47,522 nucleotides of DNA from contig CAXMNF010000307.1 in NCBI GenBank assembly GCA_964194645.1, positions 1-47,522 of the forward strand. The letters run 5' to 3'. How positions within the stretch are numbered: the stretch's first letter is position 1; every line of letters starts with the position of its first letter. The position numbers were made by a program, and so were the translations under genes. Shown here in pieces: positions 29,428 to 39,129 of this stretch. The DNA comes from an uncultured Gammaproteobacteria bacterium. GTDB lineage: Bacteria; Myxococcota_A; UBA9160; SZUA-336. The notes beneath the pieces were generated by a model. The model did no database searches. It worked only from the letters and a program-made list of their open reading frames with translations, and was not told the DNA's origin.

Positions 29428-30558
29428 TTGATCGTCGGCGTTCCGAAGGAAACGGCGCCCGCCGAGCGGCGCGTCGCGCTGGTCGCGAGTGCGCTCGGCA
29501 AGTTGCTCGAGAGCGGCGTCGAGGTTCACGTGCAGAGCGGCGCGGGACAAGCGAGCGGCTCGGACGATGCCAGCTACGAAGCGGCTGGCGCGCGCGTCCA
29601 GCCCGACTCCAACGCGCTGTTCGACAGTGCCGACCTGCTCGCGTGTGTGCAGCCCCCCGCGCTCGAACTCTGCGAGCACATGCGCGAGGGACAGATGCTG
29701 GTGTGTCTGCTGCAGCCCTACGCGAACCTCGAGCTGGTCCAGCGCCTGGCCGAGCGCGGCGTCACCAGCTTTGCGCTCGACCTGATGCCGCGCATCACGC
29801 GCGCGCAGAGCATGGACATCTTGTCGGCGATGAGCACCGTGACCGGCTACGAGTCGGTGCTGATCGCCGCGTGCGCGCTGCCCAAGTTCTTCCCGATGCT
29901 GATGACCGCCGCGGGCACGATCAAGCCGGCGCGCGTGCTGGTGATCGGCGCAGGGGTTGCCGGGCTGCAGGCGATCGCCACGGCCCGGCGGCTGGGCGCG
30001 GTGGTCGAGGCGTTCGACGTGCGCGCCGCCGCCAAGGAGCAGGTCGAGAGCCTGGGCGCACGCTTCGTCGAGCAGGAGCGCGCCGAGGACGCCGAGACCG
30101 CGGGCGGCTACGCCAAGGAGCAGACGGCCGAGCAGCTCGCGGCGCAGCGCCGGCTGCTGGGTGAACACATCGCGGCATCCGACGTGGTGATCACGACAGC
30201 GCTCGTGCCCGGCAAGCGCGCGCCGGTGCTGATCAGCGCCGAGCAGGTCAAGGGCATGCGGCCCGGCTCGGTGATCGTAGACCTGGCCGCCGAGCAGGGC
30301 GGAAACTGCGAGCTCACCCGCGCCGGAGAGGTCGCCGAGGTGCATGGCGTGCAGATCCACGGGCCCGTCAACCTGGCCAGTGCCATGCCGGCGGACGCCA
30401 GCCGGATGTTCGCCCGCGTCCTCGGCACCTACCTGCTGCACCTGGTCAGGGAAGGCGAGCTGGTGCTCGACTTCGAGGATCCGCTGGTCTCCGACGTGGT
30501 GGTCACGCACCAGGGCGCGATCGTGCACGAGGCGGTGCGCGGCGCGGTGGACGGCTGA
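29428..30558 (+). CDS. pntA: NAD(P) transhydrogenase alpha subunit, part 1
   Basis: ERRVAL, PRITRAQSMD, GAGVAGLQA, GGYAK, GGNCE. Confidence 0.95.
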   Translation: MIVGVPKETAPAERRVALVASALGKLLESGVEVHVQSGAGQASGSDDASYEAAGARVQPDSNALFDSADLLACVQPPALELCEHMREGQMLVCLLQPYANLELVQRLAERGVTSFALDLMPRITRAQSMDILSAMSTVTGYESVLIAACALPKFFPMLMTAAGTIKPARVLVIGAGVAGLQAIATARRLGAVVEAFDVRAAAKEQVESLGARFVEQERAEDAETAGGYAKEQTAEQLAAQRRLLGEHIAASDVVITTALVPGKRAPVLISAEQVKGMRPGSVIVDLAAEQGGNCELTRAGEVAEVHGVQIHGPVNLASAMPADASRMFARVLGTYLLHLVREGELVLDFEDPLVSDVVVTHQGAIVHEAVRGAVDG

Positions 30559-30851
30559 TGGATCACGAACTCATCCTGATGCTCACCGTCTTCGTACTGG
30601 CCATGTTCGTTGGCAACGAGGTGATCACCAAGGTGCCGCCCACCTTGCACACACCGCTCATGTCCGGCTCGAACGCGATCTCGGGGATCACGATCATCGG
30701 CGCGCTGATCAGCGCCGGCGCCGAACAGACCACCTTGGCGTCGCTGCTCGGCGTCGCAGCGGTCGCCCTGGCCACGGTCAACGTGGTGGGTGGCTTCCTC
30801 GTCACGCATCGCATGCTCGGCATGTTCAAGAGCCGCCGGCGGGACTCGTGA
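30558..30851 (+). CDS. pntA: NAD(P) transhydrogenase alpha subunit, part 2 (membrane)
   Basis: KVPPTLHTPLMSGSNAISG, GGFLVTHRML. Confidence 0.95.
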   Translation: MDHELILMLTVFVLAMFVGNEVITKVPPTLHTPLMSGSNAISGITIIGALISAGAEQTTLASLLGVAAVALATVNVVGGFLVTHRMLGMFKSRRRDS

Positions 30852-32242
30852 CCGAAATCTGGCTGCCGCTCGCCTACCTGGCTTCCGCCTCGTGCTTCAT
30901 CGTCGGGCTGAAGCTCTTGTCCAGTCCGCGTACGGCCGCGCGGGGCAACCTGCTCTCTTCCATCGGAATGCTGACCGCGATCGGCGTGACGCTGCTGCAT
31001 CGCGACGTGGTGCGCTTCGAGGGCATCGTGGCTGGGGTGGTGTTGGGCGGTGCGATCGGAGCGCTCGTGGCCCAGCGCGTGGCGATGACCGCCATGCCGC
31101 AGATGGTGGCCGCCTTCAACGGTTTTGGCGGGGCGGCATCGGCGCTGGTCGCGGGCGCAGAGATCGTGCGCTTCTCGCTGGAAGGCGCCACGCCGGACCT
31201 GGCCGTCTCGATCCCGATCGTGCTCGGCACCGTGATCGGCGCTGTCACGTTGACCGGCAGCTTCGTGGCCTTCGCGAAGCTCCAGGAGCTGGTGAGCAGC
31301 GCCCCGGCCGTGTTTCCGCTGCAACAGCCGGTCAACATCGTGCTCGCGTGCGCGCTGGTCGCGCTCTCGGTCGGCGTGGTGATGGACCCCGGCGACCTGC
31401 GTCTGTTCTGGGCGATGATGGCGCTGGCCTGCGTGCTGGGCGTGATGTTGGTCATCCCGATCGGCGGCGCGGACATGCCGGTGGTGATTTCGCTGCTGAA
31501 CTCCTACTCGGGGCTTGCGGCCTGCGCGACCGGCTTCGTGATCTCGAACCAGGGGCTGATCATCAGCGGCTCCTTGGTCGGCGCGTCGGGCCTGATCCTC
31601 ACGCGGATCATGTGCCGCGCCATGAACCGCTCGCTGGCGAACGTGCTGTTTGGCGCGTTCGGCGCCGCAGGGGGCCAGGCCGCCGCGGGTATCGCCGCAG
31701 TGGCCGGCGGCTCCGTCAAGAGCGGTTCAGCGGCCGACGCGGCGATCATTCTCGACGCGGCCCGCTCGGTGGTGATCGTGCCGGGCTACGGCCTGGCCGT
31801 CGCGCAGGCGCAGCACGCGGTGCGCGAGCTGGGCGATGCGTTGCTCGAACGCGGCGTCGAGGTGCGCTACGGCATCCACCCGGTGGCGGGGCGCATGCCG
31901 GGGCATATGAACGTGCTGCTGGCGGAAGCCGACGTGCCCTACGAGCTGCTGGTAGAAATGGAGGAGATCAATCCGTCGCTACCCCGCACGGACGTGGCGC
32001 TGGTGATCGGCGCGAACGACGTGACGAACCCCGGGGCGCGCGACGATCCGACGAGCGCCATCTACGGCATGCCGATCCTCGAGGTCGACCGCTGCAAGAC
32101 CGTGATGGTCTGCAAGCGCAGCATGAACCCGGGCTTTGCGGGCGTCGACAACCCGCTCTACACCATGGACCAGACCATGATGCTGTTCGGCGACGCCAAG
32201 CGCATGGTCGAAGCCGTGCTGACCGACCTGCGCGAGATCTAG
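30848..32242 (+). CDS. pntB: NAD(P) transhydrogenase beta subunit
   Basis: GTG 30848; IGGADMPVVISLLNSYSG, HPVAGRMPGHMNVLLAEA, GANDVTNP. Confidence 0.96.
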   Translation: MTEIWLPLAYLASASCFIVGLKLLSSPRTAARGNLLSSIGMLTAIGVTLLHRDVVRFEGIVAGVVLGGAIGALVAQRVAMTAMPQMVAAFNGFGGAASALVAGAEIVRFSLEGATPDLAVSIPIVLGTVIGAVTLTGSFVAFAKLQELVSSAPAVFPLQQPVNIVLACALVALSVGVVMDPGDLRLFWAMMALACVLGVMLVIPIGGADMPVVISLLNSYSGLAACATGFVISNQGLIISGSLVGASGLILTRIMCRAMNRSLANVLFGAFGAAGGQAAAGIAAVAGGSVKSGSAADAAIILDAARSVVIVPGYGLAVAQAQHAVRELGDALLERGVEVRYGIHPVAGRMPGHMNVLLAEADVPYELLVEMEEINPSLPRTDVALVIGANDVTNPGARDDPTSAIYGMPILEVDRCKTVMVCKRSMNPGFAGVDNPLYTMDQTMMLFGDAKRMVEAVLTDLREI

Positions 32243-33168
32243 GGCGGCACCGAGGCCCCGGGCCCGGGCTCTTCCTCCGGCTCGTCCGCGTCCTCGACCA
32301 CGATCTCCAGGTCCTTGCGCTCGCGGTAGATCTCCTCGAGTTCGCGGCGGCGCAGCATCTCCAACACCAGCTCGCGGCGCCGCGTCTCGGGATCGACCGT
32401 GGGCAGCGCCGCTCTGAGCAGGCCCTCCGGACAGCGCTTTCCCATGAAGGGCCCGCAGAACGGCAAGGTGCAGCAGTGGAGCTTGAAGTCGGCGAAGCTC
32501 TCGATCGGCTCGTCGGGATCGTTCCAGCTCCGCACGGTCGCCGGGTTCAGCGCGTAGGCGATGTCAAACAGCTCGTCGACCTCCATGAAGTCGTCCTTGC
32601 GCCAGGCCGCGAGCAGCTCGACCAGCTCGGTGTGCACTGGCGCGCTGCCCAGCGCGCGCGCCCGCGCGATGTAGTGGCGTGCCCGGGCGATCTGCCCCAG
32701 GTAGACCAGCGACTCGGCGACGTTCAGGTAGTGCTGGGGCGCGCCGGGCTCCAGGGCTCGGCAGTTGTCGAAGCTGGTGAGCGCGCGCTCGACACGCCCC
32801 TGGAAGGCCGCGACCAGGCCCATCATCAGGTGCACGCTCACGGTGCGCGGCTCGAGCTTCAGGATCGCGAAGCCGTGCTCGTAGGCCCGCTCCAGATGGT
32901 CCGTGTAGTCGCGCATGCGGCTCTCGCGGCGCGCCTCCATGGCCAGGTCGAAGTGGGCGCGCATGAGCGGCTCGCGATAGTCGACGCGGATCGGATAGCG
33001 GGCTACGAGACGCTCGAGCTTGCGCACGCCCTCTTCTGCGCGGCCGTTCCGAAGGTCATCTTGCGCGGCGTCGAACTCGTCGGCAGCAGACTCGCTACGC
33101 TGCGCGCAGCCGAAGCAGGCGGCCAGAGCCAGCAGCAGGGCGACGCGCGGCGCCCGAGCGAGCGTCAT
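32239..33168 (-). CDS. TPR-repeat lipoprotein with C-terminal Cys motif
   Basis: Lipobox-like CFGC; TPR-like helices; CCTLPFCGPFMGKRC. Confidence 0.75.
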   Translation of the reverse strand: MTLARAPRVALLLALAACFGCAQRSESAADEFDAAQDDLRNGRAEEGVRKLERLVARYPIRVDYREPLMRAHFDLAMEARRESRMRDYTDHLERAYEHGFAILKLEPRTVSVHLMMGLVAAFQGRVERALTSFDNCRALEPGAPQHYLNVAESLVYLGQIARARHYIARARALGSAPVHTELVELLAAWRKDDFMEVDELFDIAYALNPATVRSWNDPDEPIESFADFKLHCCTLPFCGPFMGKRCPEGLLRAALPTVDPETRRRELVLEMLRRRELEEIYRERKDLEIVVEDADEPEEEPGPGASVPP

Positions 33169-33196
33169 CGCGCGATGCTATCACGCAGCGGCGCAG

Positions 33197-34090
33197 CTAC
33201 TGTTCGTCGGACGGTGCCTGCTCCGGCTCCTCGATCACGATCTGGACGTCTCGACGGCCCTCATAGATGCCCTTCAGGCGCCGGCGCTTCTCCATCTCGA
33301 GCACCAGTTCCTGGCGCAAGGTCTCGGCGTCGACGTCGCGGTGGCGCACTTCGTGCTTCATCTCCTCACAGGCATTCTCCATGTACGGACCGCAGGCGAT
33401 GTGCGAGCAACAGAAGCCGGTGAAGTCCTCGAAGCTCTCGATCGCCTCGGCCACCGGCGCCTCGTTCCAGACCTTGACGACCTCCGGGTTGAGCGAGTAG
33501 GCCGTCTCGAACAGGTCGCGTGCCTCGACGTAGTCGCCCGCGCGCCAGGCCGCCAGGATCTCGTTCATCTCGATGTAGATGGCGGGGGCGCCCAGGTCGC
33601 GCGCCTTGCGCAGGTAGCGGCGCGCGCGCACCAGCTTGCCCTTGTAGATGTAGCTCTCGGCCAGGTTGGTGTAGTGCACCGGGTGGTACGGATCGAGTCG
33701 CGCGGCGTTCTTCAGGCTCTCGATGGTGCCGTCCAGGTCGTCCTGGTACGCGGCGATGATGCCCAGCCAGGTGTGCGGCTGCGAAGAGCGCGGGTCGATC
33801 TCGATCGCCGCCAGCACGTGCTCCTGCGCGCGCGCCAGGTCCGCCAGGTAGGCGGCCTGCTGGTTGGCGTCGAGCTCCTGGCGCGCCCGCTTGAAGTAGG
33901 CGATGCCCAGGTTGAGGGCGATCTCGGCGTGCTTGGGGTTTCGCGCGCGAAGCTCTTCTAGCTTCTCGATCGCAGGCTCGAGGCGGCCCTCCTCGAGATC
34001 GTCCTGTGCGCCGCGGTAGCTCGGTCCGCCCGCTGCGCACGCCGCGAGCACCGCCGTCAGCAGCGCCGCCCCCGTCCAAGATCGCGCCAT
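33197..34090 (-). CDS. TPR-repeat lipoprotein, paralog of the neighbouring gene
   Basis: ATG 34090; lipobox LAAC; TPR helices; CCSHIACGPYMENAC. Confidence 0.8.
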   Translation of the reverse strand: MARSWTGAALLTAVLAACAAGGPSYRGAQDDLEEGRLEPAIEKLEELRARNPKHAEIALNLGIAYFKRARQELDANQQAAYLADLARAQEHVLAAIEIDPRSSQPHTWLGIIAAYQDDLDGTIESLKNAARLDPYHPVHYTNLAESYIYKGKLVRARRYLRKARDLGAPAIYIEMNEILAAWRAGDYVEARDLFETAYSLNPEVVKVWNEAPVAEAIESFEDFTGFCCSHIACGPYMENACEEMKHEVRHRDVDAETLRQELVLEMEKRRRLKGIYEGRRDVQIVIEEPEQAPSDEQ

Positions 34091-34175
34091 GACACTGTCC
34101 TCCGAGCTGAAACCGTACTGCTTTCCGTGCGTTTCGGCATAATTCGCGCACTGCTGAAGGGTCGGAGGAAGGCAC

Positions 34176-35276
34176 ATGATCGGCTCCGGATCGCTCGCGG
34201 ACCTGGCGCAACTGCGCGACTTCAAGCGGCAGCGGCTCTCCTCCTGGGACCGCTCCGGCGGCAACCGCGATGCCATCGTAGTGCGCCCCGGCGAGGCGGC
34301 GACGCTTGGCGAGATCTCCGGCGCCGGCTGCGTGAAGCACGTGTGGATGACGTCGATGTCGCTCCCGGACGACCCCCTCCACTTGCTGCGCAGCGTGCTG
34401 CGCGTGTTCTGGGACGGCGAGGACACGCCGAGCGTCCAAACACCGCTCGGCGACTTCTTCGGGGTGGGCTTTGGCCTGCGCCGCAACTTCGCGTCCCTGC
34501 CGCTGCAGATGAGCCCCGAGGACGGCAAGGGCATGAACTGCTGGTTTCCGATGCCCTTCGCGCGCGGCGCGCGCTTCGAGGTCGAGAACCAGGGCGCCGA
34601 GACCCTGGTGTTGTTCTTCTACGTCGACTACGAGGCCTATGCGGAGCTGCCCGGCGACCTGGCGCGCTTCCACGCGCACTGGCGGCGCCAGAACCCGACC
34701 GCCGGGCGCGCCGCCGAGAAGGGCTACACGCGCTCGGACTTCGGCTATACGGACGAGCGTCCGGGCGGCGCCGGCAACGCGCTGCGCGGCCCCTGGCGCG
34801 ACGCCAACCTGGATGGGCAGCACAACTACGTGATCCTAGACACCCGAGGCAACGGACAGTACGTGGGCTGCGTGCTGAACATCGACGTCTTCTGTCGCCA
34901 GGTGAACGACTGGTACGGAGAGGGCGACGACATGATCTTCATCGACGATGAGCCCTGGCCGCCGCGCTTGCACGGTACCGGCACCGAGGACTACTTCAAT
35001 ACCGCCTTCTGTCCGCGCCAGGAGTACTCCGCGCCTTACCACGGACTCACGGTCTACAGCGGCAGCGACGACTGGCCGTGGGGCGGCAAGAACTCGATGT
35101 ACCGCTTCCACGTCGAGGACCCGATCCGCTTCGAGCGCTCGATCCGCGTCACCATCGAAACCGGCCACGACAACGCCCTGGCCAACGACTACTCGAGCGT
35201 CGCCTACTGGTACCAACTGGACCGCCATTCCCCTTTGCCCCCCCTGCCCCCAGTCGATGCGCGCCTCCCGCGCTGA
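34176..35276 (+). CDS. DUF2961 / glycoside hydrolase family 172 protein
   Basis: SSWDRSGGNRD, PLGDFFG, WYGEGDDM, HGTGTEDYF, YRFHVEDPI. Confidence 0.92.
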   Translation: MIGSGSLADLAQLRDFKRQRLSSWDRSGGNRDAIVVRPGEAATLGEISGAGCVKHVWMTSMSLPDDPLHLLRSVLRVFWDGEDTPSVQTPLGDFFGVGFGLRRNFASLPLQMSPEDGKGMNCWFPMPFARGARFEVENQGAETLVLFFYVDYEAYAELPGDLARFHAHWRRQNPTAGRAAEKGYTRSDFGYTDERPGGAGNALRGPWRDANLDGQHNYVILDTRGNGQYVGCVLNIDVFCRQVNDWYGEGDDMIFIDDEPWPPRLHGTGTEDYFNTAFCPRQEYSAPYHGLTVYSGSDDWPWGGKNSMYRFHVEDPIRFERSIRVTIETGHDNALANDYSSVAYWYQLDRHSPLPPLPPVDARLPR

Positions 35277-35337
35277 AGGGACGTTCCTGCTTAACTGCCT
35301 TACTCAAGGAGTAAGGCAGTTAAGCAGGAACGTCCCT
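35277..35337. repeat. Perfect palindrome with 29-bp arms and 3-nt loop between convergent genes (bidirectional terminator or REP-like element)
   Basis: AGGGACGTTCCTGCTTAACTGCCTTACTC-AAG-GAGTAAGGCAGTTAAGCAGGAACGTCCCT. Confidence 0.9.
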
Positions 35338-36631
35338 AGGACAGGAAGGCGCGCAAGACGAGAATCATGGGATCGACGTCGGCCGCCCCAGCCATTTCGC
35401 GGCACGAGTGCATCGACAGCATCGGGTTGCCAACGTCGACGGTGCGGATCCCGACCTGGGCGGCGCTGATCGGGCCGATGGTGCTGCCGCAGGGCAGGTC
35501 GCTGCGGCTCACGAACTGCTGGGGCTCGAAGCCCTGGTCGCGACACAAGGCGGTGAACAGGCCCGCCGTGGCCGCGTCGGTCGCATAGGCCTGACTGGCG
35601 TGCGTCTTGATCACTGGACCCCCGCCGAGCAGCGGCCGGTGGCCGGGCTCGTGGCGGTCCGGGTAGTTCGGGTGCACGGCGTGCGCCATGTCCGCGGAGA
35701 TGAACACGGAGCGGGCGGCCGCGCGTGCCAGGCCCTGCGGCTCGCCGCCCTTGTAGGCCGCGACCGTCCGTTCCAGCACCTCGGCGAGAAACGTTCCAGC
35801 GGCGCCCGCGGCGCTGCGGCTCCCGACCTCTTCGTGGTCGTACAAGACAAGGCCGCGCGTGAAGCTGGGCAGCTCGCGCGGCGCGCTGACCAGCGCCGAG
35901 AGGCCGGCGTGGCACGAGGCCAGGTTGTCGAGTCGCGGCGCCAGCACGAACTCGGCGCGCACGCCGGCCAGGCCCGAGGGCTGCGTGTCGTAGAGCATCA
36001 GGTCCCAGGCCAACACGTCGCGCGCGTCGACCTGCACCCCGCGCTGCGCGCGCAGCTCGTCCGCGACCAGTTCCCGCAGGTCGGGCAGCTCGCCCAGGCC
36101 CGCGATCGGCACGCCGTGCTTCTGGGCGTTCAGCCGCAGGCCCTTCTCGCGCTGGTCGCGGTCCAGGTGGATCGCCAGGTTCGGGATGCGCAGCAACGGG
36201 CGTCCAAAGTCGACGAGCTCGGTGCGCGTTCCGGCCGCGGCGCGCAGGCTCACGCGGCCCGCGATCGACAGGTCCCGGTCCAGCCAGGTGTGCAGCAGCA
36301 GCCCGCCGTAGGGCTCCACGGCGAACTGCCGGTAGCCGTGCGCGTCGACGTCGCTGTTCGGCTTCAGGCGCAGGTTCGGCGAGTCGCTGTGCGCGCCGAT
36401 CAGCCGGAAGCCGCCCGCGGCGGGTGACTCGCTGCCGCACTCCAGGGCGATCAGACTCCCGTCGTTGCGCGATAGCCAGATGCGGTCTCCGGGGCCCAGG
36501 CTCCACATCTCGGTGGCATCCGCAGCCCGGTAGCCGGCCGCTTCCAGACGCCGCACCGCCTCGGCGACCGCATGGTACGGGGTCGGCGATGCGTCGATGA
36601 AGGCCAGCAGATCGGCGACGGACTCGGGCAC
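35336..36631 (-). CDS. M18-family (aspartyl) aminopeptidase
   Basis: SPTPYHAV, GAHSDSP, RLDNLAS, DHEEVGS, SADMAHAVHPNY, CGSTIGP, SMHSCRE. Confidence 0.95.
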   Translation of the reverse strand: MPESVADLLAFIDASPTPYHAVAEAVRRLEAAGYRAADATEMWSLGPGDRIWLSRNDGSLIALECGSESPAAGGFRLIGAHSDSPNLRLKPNSDVDAHGYRQFAVEPYGGLLLHTWLDRDLSIAGRVSLRAAAGTRTELVDFGRPLLRIPNLAIHLDRDQREKGLRLNAQKHGVPIAGLGELPDLRELVADELRAQRGVQVDARDVLAWDLMLYDTQPSGLAGVRAEFVLAPRLDNLASCHAGLSALVSAPRELPSFTRGLVLYDHEEVGSRSAAGAAGTFLAEVLERTVAAYKGGEPQGLARAAARSVFISADMAHAVHPNYPDRHEPGHRPLLGGGPVIKTHASQAYATDAATAGLFTALCRDQGFEPQQFVSRSDLPCGSTIGPISAAQVGIRTVDVGNPMLSMHSCREMAGAADVDPMILVLRAFLS

Positions 36632-36711
36632 GTGCGGAGGGTAGCGGACCCCGCCATCGGGGCGCAGCTCCCGCTCGGGTAGAATGGCGGCCGCGTCACG
36701 GGAGGAACTTC

Positions 36712-38268
36712 ATGTCCACGATCTCGATCCGGGCCGAGCAGCACCCGGACAAGCCCGCCGTCGTATTCGACAACGGCGAGATCACCATCAGCTACGGAGA
36801 GCTCGAGCAGCGCTCCCGCCGCCTCGCACATCTGTTCCGCTCGCTCGGCCTCGAGCCGGGCGACGGCATCGCCCTGATGATGGCGAACGAAGATCCCTTC
36901 TACGACGTGTACTGGTCAGCCATGCGCAGCGGCCTGTATTTCACGCCGATCAACTGGCACCTGCAGGAAGCCGAGGTGCGCTACATCGTGGACAACTGCG
37001 ACGCCAAGGTCTTCCTCGCCTCAGAGCGCTTCGCGAAGCTCGCGTCGGCCGCCGGAGCCGACCTGCCCAGTGCGAACCTGCTGCTCTCGTTCGGCGAGAT
37101 CGAAGGCTTCCGCCCGATCGACGACCTGCTGGCCGAGATTCCCGAGGACGCGCCCCTCGAGAACCAGCTGGAGGGCGGCACCATGCTCTACTCGTCGGGC
37201 ACGACCGGCTATCCGAAGGGCGTGCGCGCGCCGCTCTCGGGACTGCCCGCCGGAGACCCGCTCGCGACGCTCGCCGTGCAGGGCCTGATGGGCATGTTCG
37301 GCTTCAACGAAGACGATCGCTACCTGTCGCCCGCGCCGCTCTACCACGCCGCCCCGCTGGCCTTCTCCACGGCGCAGCACCGGCTCGGCGCCACGACGAT
37401 CGTGATGCGCGGCTTCGACGCCGAGCAGGCGCTGCGCCTGATCCAGGACCAGAAGATCACGACCTCGCAGTGGGTGCCGACGCACTTCCGGCGCCTGCTG
37501 CACCTGCCCGACGAGGTGCGCACCCGCTACGACCTGTCGAGTCTGCGCGTCGCGGTGCACGCGGCCGCGCCCTGTCCGGTGCCCGTCAAGCAGCAGATGA
37601 TCGACTGGTGGGGCCCGGTCGTCGTGGAGTACTACGCCGGCACCGAAGGCGGTGGCACCTTGATCCGCTCCGAGGAGTGGCTCGAGCACCAGGGCTCCGT
37701 CGGCCGGCACTGGGCCGGCGGGACCTTGCACATCCTGGACGAGGACGGAAACGAAATCGAGGAACCCACCCGCGAGGGCGCCATCTACTTCGAGGCGCCC
37801 AGCAAGCAGGCGGCGCGCTTCCGCTACTACAAGGACGACGAGAAGACCGCCAAGACCTATCGGGGCGACCTGTTCACCTTGGGCGACGTCGGCTATCTGG
37901 ATGCCGACGGCTACCTGTACCTGACCGACCGCAAGTCGCACATGATCATCTCGGGCGGGGTGAACATCTACCCGCAGGAGGTCGAGAACCACCTGTCGAC
38001 GCACCCGAACGTGGACGACGTGGCGGTGATTGGCGTGCCGCACGACGAGATGGGCGAAGAGGTGAAAGCGGTGGTCGTGCCGCGTCAGGCCGACCCAGGA
38101 GCAGAGCTCGAGCAGACCCTGATCGACTTCTGCCGCGAGAACCTCGCGCACTACAAGTGCCCGCGCTCCGTCGACTTCGTCGACGAGCTGCCGCGCCTCC
38201 CCACCGGAAAGCTCCTGAAGCGAAAGCTCCGCGAACACTACTGGGCCGATCACGGCTCCCTGGTCTGA
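36712..38268 (+). CDS. Acyl-CoA synthetase (AMP-forming)
   Basis: YSSGTTGYPKG, YAGTEG, GDVGYLD, DRKSHMIISGGVNIYP, TGKL. Confidence 0.95.
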   Translation: MSTISIRAEQHPDKPAVVFDNGEITISYGELEQRSRRLAHLFRSLGLEPGDGIALMMANEDPFYDVYWSAMRSGLYFTPINWHLQEAEVRYIVDNCDAKVFLASERFAKLASAAGADLPSANLLLSFGEIEGFRPIDDLLAEIPEDAPLENQLEGGTMLYSSGTTGYPKGVRAPLSGLPAGDPLATLAVQGLMGMFGFNEDDRYLSPAPLYHAAPLAFSTAQHRLGATTIVMRGFDAEQALRLIQDQKITTSQWVPTHFRRLLHLPDEVRTRYDLSSLRVAVHAAAPCPVPVKQQMIDWWGPVVVEYYAGTEGGGTLIRSEEWLEHQGSVGRHWAGGTLHILDEDGNEIEEPTREGAIYFEAPSKQAARFRYYKDDEKTAKTYRGDLFTLGDVGYLDADGYLYLTDRKSHMIISGGVNIYPQEVENHLSTHPNVDDVAVIGVPHDEMGEEVKAVVVPRQADPGAELEQTLIDFCRENLAHYKCPRSVDFVDELPRLPTGKLLKRKLREHYWADHGSLV

Positions 38269-38283
38269 CCGCCCCCCCTCCGT

Positions 38284-38447
38284 TCCCCCCGTTCCCGCAG
38301 GAGAGCGACCTCCGAGTCGCTCTCCGTCGCGGCAAGGCGAGCTCCGCTCGCCGTTAGGCCGCTCCCCCCGTTCTCGTAGGAGAGCGACTCTTCCTGGAGT
38401 CGCTCTCCGTGCGGCAAGGCGAGCTCCGCTCGCCGTTAGGCCGCTAG
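38284..38447 (+). repeat. Two tandem copies (about 80-85 bp each) of the REP-like unit also seen at 1069-1264
   Basis: G(T/C)AG + GGAGAGCGAC..GTCGCTCTCC stem + GCGGCAAGGCGAGC-TCC-GCTCGCCGTTAGGCCGC; ends in CTAG. Confidence 0.9.
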
Positions 38448-38520
38448 GATGGGGAGTGAAGCGCGGCCCGATCTGTGCTCTTCTCGGGGCATGGACCCGG
38501 GGCGCGGCCGGAGAGACGAG

Positions 38521-39078
38521 ATGAGCGAGCGGAGTATCGCCCCGGGCCTGCTGCTGGCCATGCCGCAGCTCCCCGACCCGAACTTCTCGCGGTCGGTGGT
38601 GCTCATGGTGGACCACAACCCGGAGGGCTCCTGGGGCATGGTGCTGAACCGCCCGAGCGAGCTGCCGATCCGCGAGGTGTTGGACCAGCTCGAGGTCGAC
38701 TGGCGGGGCGACCCCGATGCCGTCGTCTGGCAGGGCGGCCCGGTCGAGCCGCTGCGCGGCTGCCTGCTCCACGAGCCGCTTGCCGAGGGGATCGACCCGG
38801 AGCCGCGCCTGATCGTCGAGGGCATTGCCCTGTCCACGGCCCCGAACCAGCTCGAGGTGCTGGCCGCCCGCCCGCCGGTCCGCCTGCGCTTCCTGCTGGG
38901 TTACGCCGGCTGGGGCGCTTTGCAGCTCGAGCACGAGCTGGCCGAGGGCTCCTGGCTACTCGCGCCGGCAAGCGCCGAGCTGGTGTTCGCCACGCCGGCC
39001 GCGGACCTCTGGGAGGCCGCCATCCAGTCGCTCGGCATCGACCCGTCGAGCCTGGTCCCCGCCACCGGGGTGCACTGA
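38521..39078 (+). CDS. yqgE: YqgE/AlgH family protein (DUF179)
   Basis: [45 protein letters not shown]. Confidence 0.93.
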   Translation: MSERSIAPGLLLAMPQLPDPNFSRSVVLMVDHNPEGSWGMVLNRPSELPIREVLDQLEVDWRGDPDAVVWQGGPVEPLRGCLLHEPLAEGIDPEPRLIVEGIALSTAPNQLEVLAARPPVRLRFLLGYAGWGALQLEHELAEGSWLLAPASAELVFATPAADLWEAAIQSLGIDPSSLVPATGVH

Positions 39079-39081
39079 GAG

Positions 39082-39122
39082 ACATTACAGGTCTTGGCAT
39101 GATGGGCCGAATCAGGTAATGT
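39082..39122. promoter_or_regulatory. Putative PaaX-type operator ACATTAC-N27-GTAATGT
   Basis: Perfect 7-bp inverted repeat with 27-nt spacer directly upstream of a PaaX-like gene. Confidence 0.6.
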
Positions 39123-39129
39123 GCACGCC

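Noticed and set aside
38284-38447. Possible CRISPR array
   Set aside because: Only two adjacent units of about 80 bp, no unique spacers and no cas genes
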